From positions 9,065 through 73,064 of the forward strand of contig JAAELB010000346.1 in assembly GCA_024227155.1 (NCBI GenBank): a DNA stretch of 64,000 nucleotides, in the 5' to 3' direction. Below the pieces are notes generated by a model, which saw nothing but the letters and a program-made list of their open reading frames with translations, was not told the origin of the DNA and searched no databases. Below are positions 60,025 to 64,000 of the stretch, in pieces (the stretch's first letter is position 1; each line of letters opens with the position of its first letter). This stretch comes from Desulfobulbaceae bacterium. GTDB lineage: Bacteria; Desulfobacterota; Desulfobulbia; Desulfobulbales; Desulfocapsaceae. Both the position numbers and the translations under genes were made by a program.

Positions 60025-60196
60025 CAATCACACACACTCTCCAATAACCCACTGAAATCACGTCAATGTCTACCTGATGTCTAGGCTGTTACAGGCCGAT
60101 ATCCCCTCGTATCCCCTATCTCATTGCTCATTTTCATCCTATAAAAAGAGTAAGACAGGGTTCGACAGAGATAAATAATAACATCAGGAGGATTTC

Positions 60197-60604
60197 ATGA
60201 AAAAACTGTTAACACTCTCTATAACCGCTGCAATATTTTTTGTATTTTCTACTCCGCTACTAGCAGGAGACCGAGCTATTGATGGAATGGTCATTGGAGG
60301 AGGAGCTGGAGCCATAGTCGGTCAGGCTATCGGAAGGAATATGGAATCGACACTTATCGGTGCAACTGTTGGCTCTGTCCTTGGTCTCATAGTAGGAAGC
60401 GAAACACATATAGTCCACCATAGGCCTTCAATAAGAGATAGGGGCTATAGACATCATAAAAATCGTCAATACCGCCATAGTCGCCACTATCGATCCGGGC
60501 CAAAAGGGAGACACTCTGACAGGTACTATTTTAGAGGACCGACACCAAGAAGACATCACTATAAAAAAAACAAGCGTCGTCATTACAGTCGTAATCGATG
60601 GTAA
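60197..60604 (+). CDS. Glycine-zipper secreted protein with Arg/His-rich tail
   Basis: AGGAGG RBS; signal peptide; GGGAGAIVGQAIG...LIGATVGSVLGLIVG glycine zipper; basic low-complexity C-terminus. Confidence 0.82.
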   Translation: MKKLLTLSITAAIFFVFSTPLLAGDRAIDGMVIGGGAGAIVGQAIGRNMESTLIGATVGSVLGLIVGSETHIVHHRPSIRDRGYRHHKNRQYRHSRHYRSGPKGRHSDRYYFRGPTPRRHHYKKNKRRHYSRNRW

Positions 60605-60632
60605 AGACTCCGCCCCAGAGTGGCAGAATACA

Positions 60633-60678
60633 ACGGGTTATTTTCGAGAATAGCTTGAAGATAACCCGTACTATTTTT
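60633..60678 (+). terminator. Probable terminator after the glycine-zipper gene
   Basis: ACGGGTTATTTTCGAG...CTTGAAGATAACCCGT followed by a T-rich tail. Confidence 0.6.
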
Positions 60679-60955
60679 CCCAAATACAGGGGTTGGACAT
60701 ACCGGGCAAAGCTAATTTACATGAGAATTTTAAAATTTATGTTATTATTCCTTTAACCCGACTAGTCGGAAACTTTTTTAGAATCGCTGGATAAGTGCCT
60801 TGGTGGTAAAAGTAAGCTCTCGATTTCATAAAGAGTTCCTGAGTTTCTTGTTTTTTATGACAGTAATTCAGGAATAAGGCACTAACTGAGCTTTTTTTGT
60901 AGAAGAATATTCTTAGAGTGCATTGCTGACTCAGATTTTTACTCATAAATGAGGT

Positions 60956-62401
60956 TTGTTTTTGTCAATCAATGGATTTGCTAACCGTTGTGTCCGTGAA
61001 ACGCTGGATGGTTTAAGGGATGGTTTGACTTTTTTTTCCGGAGAAAGTCGTGCAGCATTAATTTTCTCTTTTGAAGAAGGAAGTGAGCTCTATATATGCG
61101 ATCCTCAAAATTTATTACGGGGATATGAACCTAAGTTGCGGGCCATATATTTTGGCCAAGAGGCTTGGTGTACCCCCTTTGATTCTGATACCAGCTACCG
61201 ATCCTACAACCATATAGAACCCCAACCCAATTTACAGCTTGATGGATTAATTTCCCATGGCGGAAGCTCAACCCCGGTATATTACCAGATGTGGTTTACC
61301 GAACATCACCCTAATATCTGCTCGCTCTGCCCTACAGAATGTTGGCTGGAACATGCTGTGTTACGGCTTTCCCATGACATTGCGAATGACAGTACTCTGT
61401 ACACAGGAATTTCAGGAAGTTTTTTAAGAGAGTACGCTACCCACTCAGTCCATGATTGTATTGTCGATAAAGCGGGAATGGTGTTGGGCCTTGATGTTCA
61501 GATACAAATTTATCCAATGCTGGAGGCTATACTCGCAACTTCTAAAACAAACGAAGAGGGGGCAAGGCCCTATGGTTCACTGACATTTATAGAGCCACGA
61601 CTGATACCTCAGGTCAACTTTCTCTCAAAGTTTGATGATACTGAGCGGCCTCTGTTGACCCACTTTAAGCATGTACGTAAACTGCTTCAGGCTGTAGAAC
61701 ATTCAAACAATACTTTGATTTCTGATGGAAAAAATATAGTAGGTATCGCAGGAAAAACGCTGAATCAATTTAATATCAGTGCTGATTTTCAAGGGAAATT
61801 AGGTTTTCTTTTTGTAAATGACGAAATTATTTGCAGCTTCCAGGACGGTAGTTACAGTTCAAACACTCATAGGGCAAAACTCTTTGAGGTGGAGGAAACC
61901 TTACTAGATTTTAACATTGAGCCATCTGTAAGGATAGATATATTCCAGACCATTGCGGCTCTAGTCCACAACGCGGAAGACAAGATGTTTGGCTGCACCT
62001 TTGTCATTGATCTTTCTCCGGAACCCACCGCAATTTCAGGGCAGACCCTTATTCCACCTCTTGATCTTCGAGATTCAGAGAAGCTTCAGTTAGCAGCAGG
62101 TTTGTCGAAAGTAGACGGAGCCTTACATATAAGAGCAGACCTCCACCTTCACGGCTTTGCATGTCTTCTTGATGGATTTCGTGTAGCCAATGAAGATCGC
62201 GCACGGGGAGCAAGATATAATTCGGCTCTCAGGTTTACCGCGCAACATCCCGAGACTATCGTCGTTGTTGTGTCATCTGATAGACCTGTATCTATCTTTC
62301 AGCAGGGCCGTGAGATAATTAATCAATACAGCAATGGGACAGTCTCCAGATGCAACATATACCCGCTTCCACTGCGTGAATGGCTCGACGCAGTAGAATA
62401 G
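60956..62401 (+). CDS. Diadenylate cyclase (DisA_N/DAC) domain protein with long N-terminal extension
   Basis: C-terminal GCTFVID...LSKVDGALHI...GFACLLDG...RGARYNSALRF...VVVVSSDRPVS; likely TTG start at 60962 after GAGG. Confidence 0.85.
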   Translation: MFLSINGFANRCVRETLDGLRDGLTFFSGESRAALIFSFEEGSELYICDPQNLLRGYEPKLRAIYFGQEAWCTPFDSDTSYRSYNHIEPQPNLQLDGLISHGGSSTPVYYQMWFTEHHPNICSLCPTECWLEHAVLRLSHDIANDSTLYTGISGSFLREYATHSVHDCIVDKAGMVLGLDVQIQIYPMLEAILATSKTNEEGARPYGSLTFIEPRLIPQVNFLSKFDDTERPLLTHFKHVRKLLQAVEHSNNTLISDGKNIVGIAGKTLNQFNISADFQGKLGFLFVNDEIICSFQDGSYSSNTHRAKLFEVEETLLDFNIEPSVRIDIFQTIAALVHNAEDKMFGCTFVIDLSPEPTAISGQTLIPPLDLRDSEKLQLAAGLSKVDGALHIRADLHLHGFACLLDGFRVANEDRARGARYNSALRFTAQHPETIVVVVSSDRPVSIFQQGREIINQYSNGTVSRCNIYPLPLREWLDAVE

Positions 62402-62412
62402 TCACAATCTTC

Positions 62413-62667
62413 CTACAGTTCCCGGACCCAGTCAGGGATGCGGCTTAACACATAATGGTGCACTGCTTCTTTTCGTTCTCCGGCTTCAACTTCACCAAGC
62501 TCCGCCATGACATCATCGAAATCAAACCAGCATAATTCTTTGTCATCCTTACTGTAAACAGTGAGGATTCTTTTATCCTGGCGCTCTATATCTTCCTCTT
62601 CCTGGATGGCTCCAACCAGCCTTGCTGCTTCTTGGTAGGGAATAAATTTTATATCGTCAGTACTCAT
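62413..62667 (-). CDS. Acidic hypothetical protein (84 aa)
   Basis: AAGGA RBS, clean ORF, downstream of rpmB; no family recognised. Confidence 0.75.
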   Translation of the reverse strand: MSTDDIKFIPYQEAARLVGAIQEEEDIERQDKRILTVYSKDDKELCWFDFDDVMAELGEVEAGERKEAVHHYVLSRIPDWVREL

Positions 62668-62687
62668 TATATTGTCCTTAAAACGGC

Positions 62688-62719
62688 AAAAGGCGAGCAG
62701 GATATAATCCCCTCGCCTT
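62688..62719 (-). terminator. Intrinsic terminator of rpmB
   Basis: AAAAGGCGAG...CTCGCCTT stem, T-run on the minus strand. Confidence 0.65.
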
Positions 62720-62740
62720 AGATAATACTTAGCTTATAAA

Positions 62741-62935
62741 CTACGCTGTTTTTACAACAGCTCCCGAACGAATACACCGGGTACAAACTTTCATTTTTTT
62801 AGTGTTACCACCGGAGGTCGCATTACGAACCATTTTGAGATTTGGCAACCAACGCCTTCTAGTTTTGTTATGGGCGTGGGAAACATTATTCCCTACCATA
62901 GGACCTTTGCCACAAATTTCACATACTTTTGCCAT
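62741..62935 (-). CDS. rpmB: 50S ribosomal protein L28
   Basis: [33 protein letters not shown]...VCTRC; ATG 62935 after AAGGAG. Confidence 0.97.
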   Translation of the reverse strand: MAKVCEICGKGPMVGNNVSHAHNKTRRRWLPNLKMVRNATSGGNTKKMKVCTRCIRSGAVVKTA

Positions 62936-63203
62936 CAGATTCTCCTTATATCCAATTCCCTGAAAGATAATTGTCTCCCAGAAAGGTATCAATTGTATAG
63001 TAGCTGGTAATAATTCAGAACTTCTCTCTTTAACCTCTTTTCAGAATTAAGGCAAGTCATTTAAAACTATATCTCTTTTTTGTTTCAAGATGATATTAAA
63101 AGATTTAATGTTGTCTTGCAAAAAATATTTTACCTTAGCTACTTTGATAAAATTGGAAGTATCCATATAACCTCTGACCATTTTCTCCCATGGAGATTTT
63201 TTT

Positions 63204-63217
63204 TTGACCTACATCAA
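63204..63217. promoter_or_regulatory. CRP/FNR-family binding site upstream of resB
   Basis: TTGACCTACATCAA, one mismatch to the FNR-type TTGAT-N4-ATCAA. Confidence 0.55.
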
Positions 63218-63297
63218 GGTCTTTGTGTTGCATTATGTTACAACCTACGTTAGGTATTTAATTTTCAAAGAATAATTCTTAATAAAATAATTTCTAT

Positions 63298-64000
63298 ATG
63301 AATCTGTTAAATCAAATCTGGGATTTTTTCGCATCCGTTAAGCTCGCCATCTTCACCCTTTGTACCTTGGCCACTACCTCAATAATAGGTACTATTATAC
63401 CCCAGGGTGAAGCAGTGTCCTTTTATGTAAAAAACTATGGACCTAAATCTGCCCGGTTTATGCAGACTTTAGATATTCCAGAAATGTATTACTCCTGGTG
63501 GTTTATTGGACTTTTGGGCATATTAAGTACCAATTTACTTATCTGCAGCTTTGAACGCTTTCCAAGGGTGTGGAAAATGATCAATGCCGACAACTTCAAG
63601 ATTTCACCTGAGAGATTGGCGAAGATGAGTTCTTCTCGCCAGTGGCTAAAAAACGACAGTTCTTTTGATCCCACAAAACTTTTCGCGCTGCTCAATAGTA
63701 ATGGCTGGCGGGGTTCCTCTAAAAAAGTGAATGATGGAACTCTTTATTTCAGTCAGAAGGGTAAATGGAGCCGCACCGGGGTATATATTGTTCACCTCTC
63801 AATACTGGTAATATTTACAGGTGCGATAGTGGGCCATTTTCAAGGCTTCAAAGGCAGTGTCATGATCCCTGAACGGAGTCTTACAGAAAAAATATTTTCA
63901 TCAAAAGATTCGAGTTCATTTCCTCTTGGCTTTGAGGTGCGATGCAATAATTTTACTATAGAATTTTACGACAACGGTATGCCCAAGGATTACAGGAGCA
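63298..64000 (+). CDS. resB: Cytochrome c biogenesis protein ResB/CcsB (system II), 3' end off the window
   Basis: Read by hand: MNLLNQIWDFFASVKLAIFTL...SIIGTIIPQ...MYYSWWF...NLLICSFERFP...GVYIVHLSILVIFTGA; absent from the ORF track because it is truncated. Confidence 0.92.
   Translation, partial: MNLLNQIWDFFASVKLAIFTLCTLATTSIIGTIIPQGEAVSFYVKNYGPKSARFMQTLDIPEMYYSWWFIGLLGILSTNLLICSFERFPRVWKMINADNFKISPERLAKMSSSRQWLKNDSSFDPTKLFALLNSNGWRGSSKKVNDGTLYFSQKGKWSRTGVYIVHLSILVIFTGAIVGHFQGFKGSVMIPERSLTEKIFSSKDSSSFPLGFEVRCNNFTIEFYDNGMPKDYRS

Overview
64 kb of ordinary bacterial chromosome. The gene set and style suggest Desulfobacterota, most likely a Desulfobulbales/Desulfocapsaceae-type sulfate reducer (inferred from the proteins, not from a database search). 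Most of it is housekeeping: minCD, an NMT1/THI5-type ABC importer, sdhCAB/frdCAB, pepN, dapL, ispH, TRAP dctPQM with dctBD, fused hisHF, hup, pheA, moaA, tsaD, rsmA, coaBC, a surface-glycan glycosyltransferase cluster, bioB-fabD-lspA-ileS, ftsEX-envC-ctpA, era, an RNase II-family gene, rpmB and the start of resB. I found no rRNA, tRNA, CRISPR array or transposase. Main observations: (1) six non-autonomous miniature inverted-repeat elements from three families, each with its own target-site duplication (3, 4 and 8 bp); two families share an IHF-like central motif, and one element sits at the dctB start codon. (2) A bacterial homolog of the animal tRNA-queuosine mannosyltransferase (GTDC1/QTMAN, DUF3524) overlapping a YkgJ-type cysteine-cluster gene near tsaD/rsmA. 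(3) A candidate transmembrane one-component signalling module: an XRE-HTH/TM/periplasmic domain/EF-hand-like protein, a secreted paralog of that periplasmic domain, a divergent small secreted protein ending in EGC, and related direct repeats in two promoters. (4) A diadenylate-cyclase-domain protein with RYN in place of RHR. (5) An archaeal-type homocysteine-synthesis gene (DUF39) overlapping an orphan LarE-like gene.
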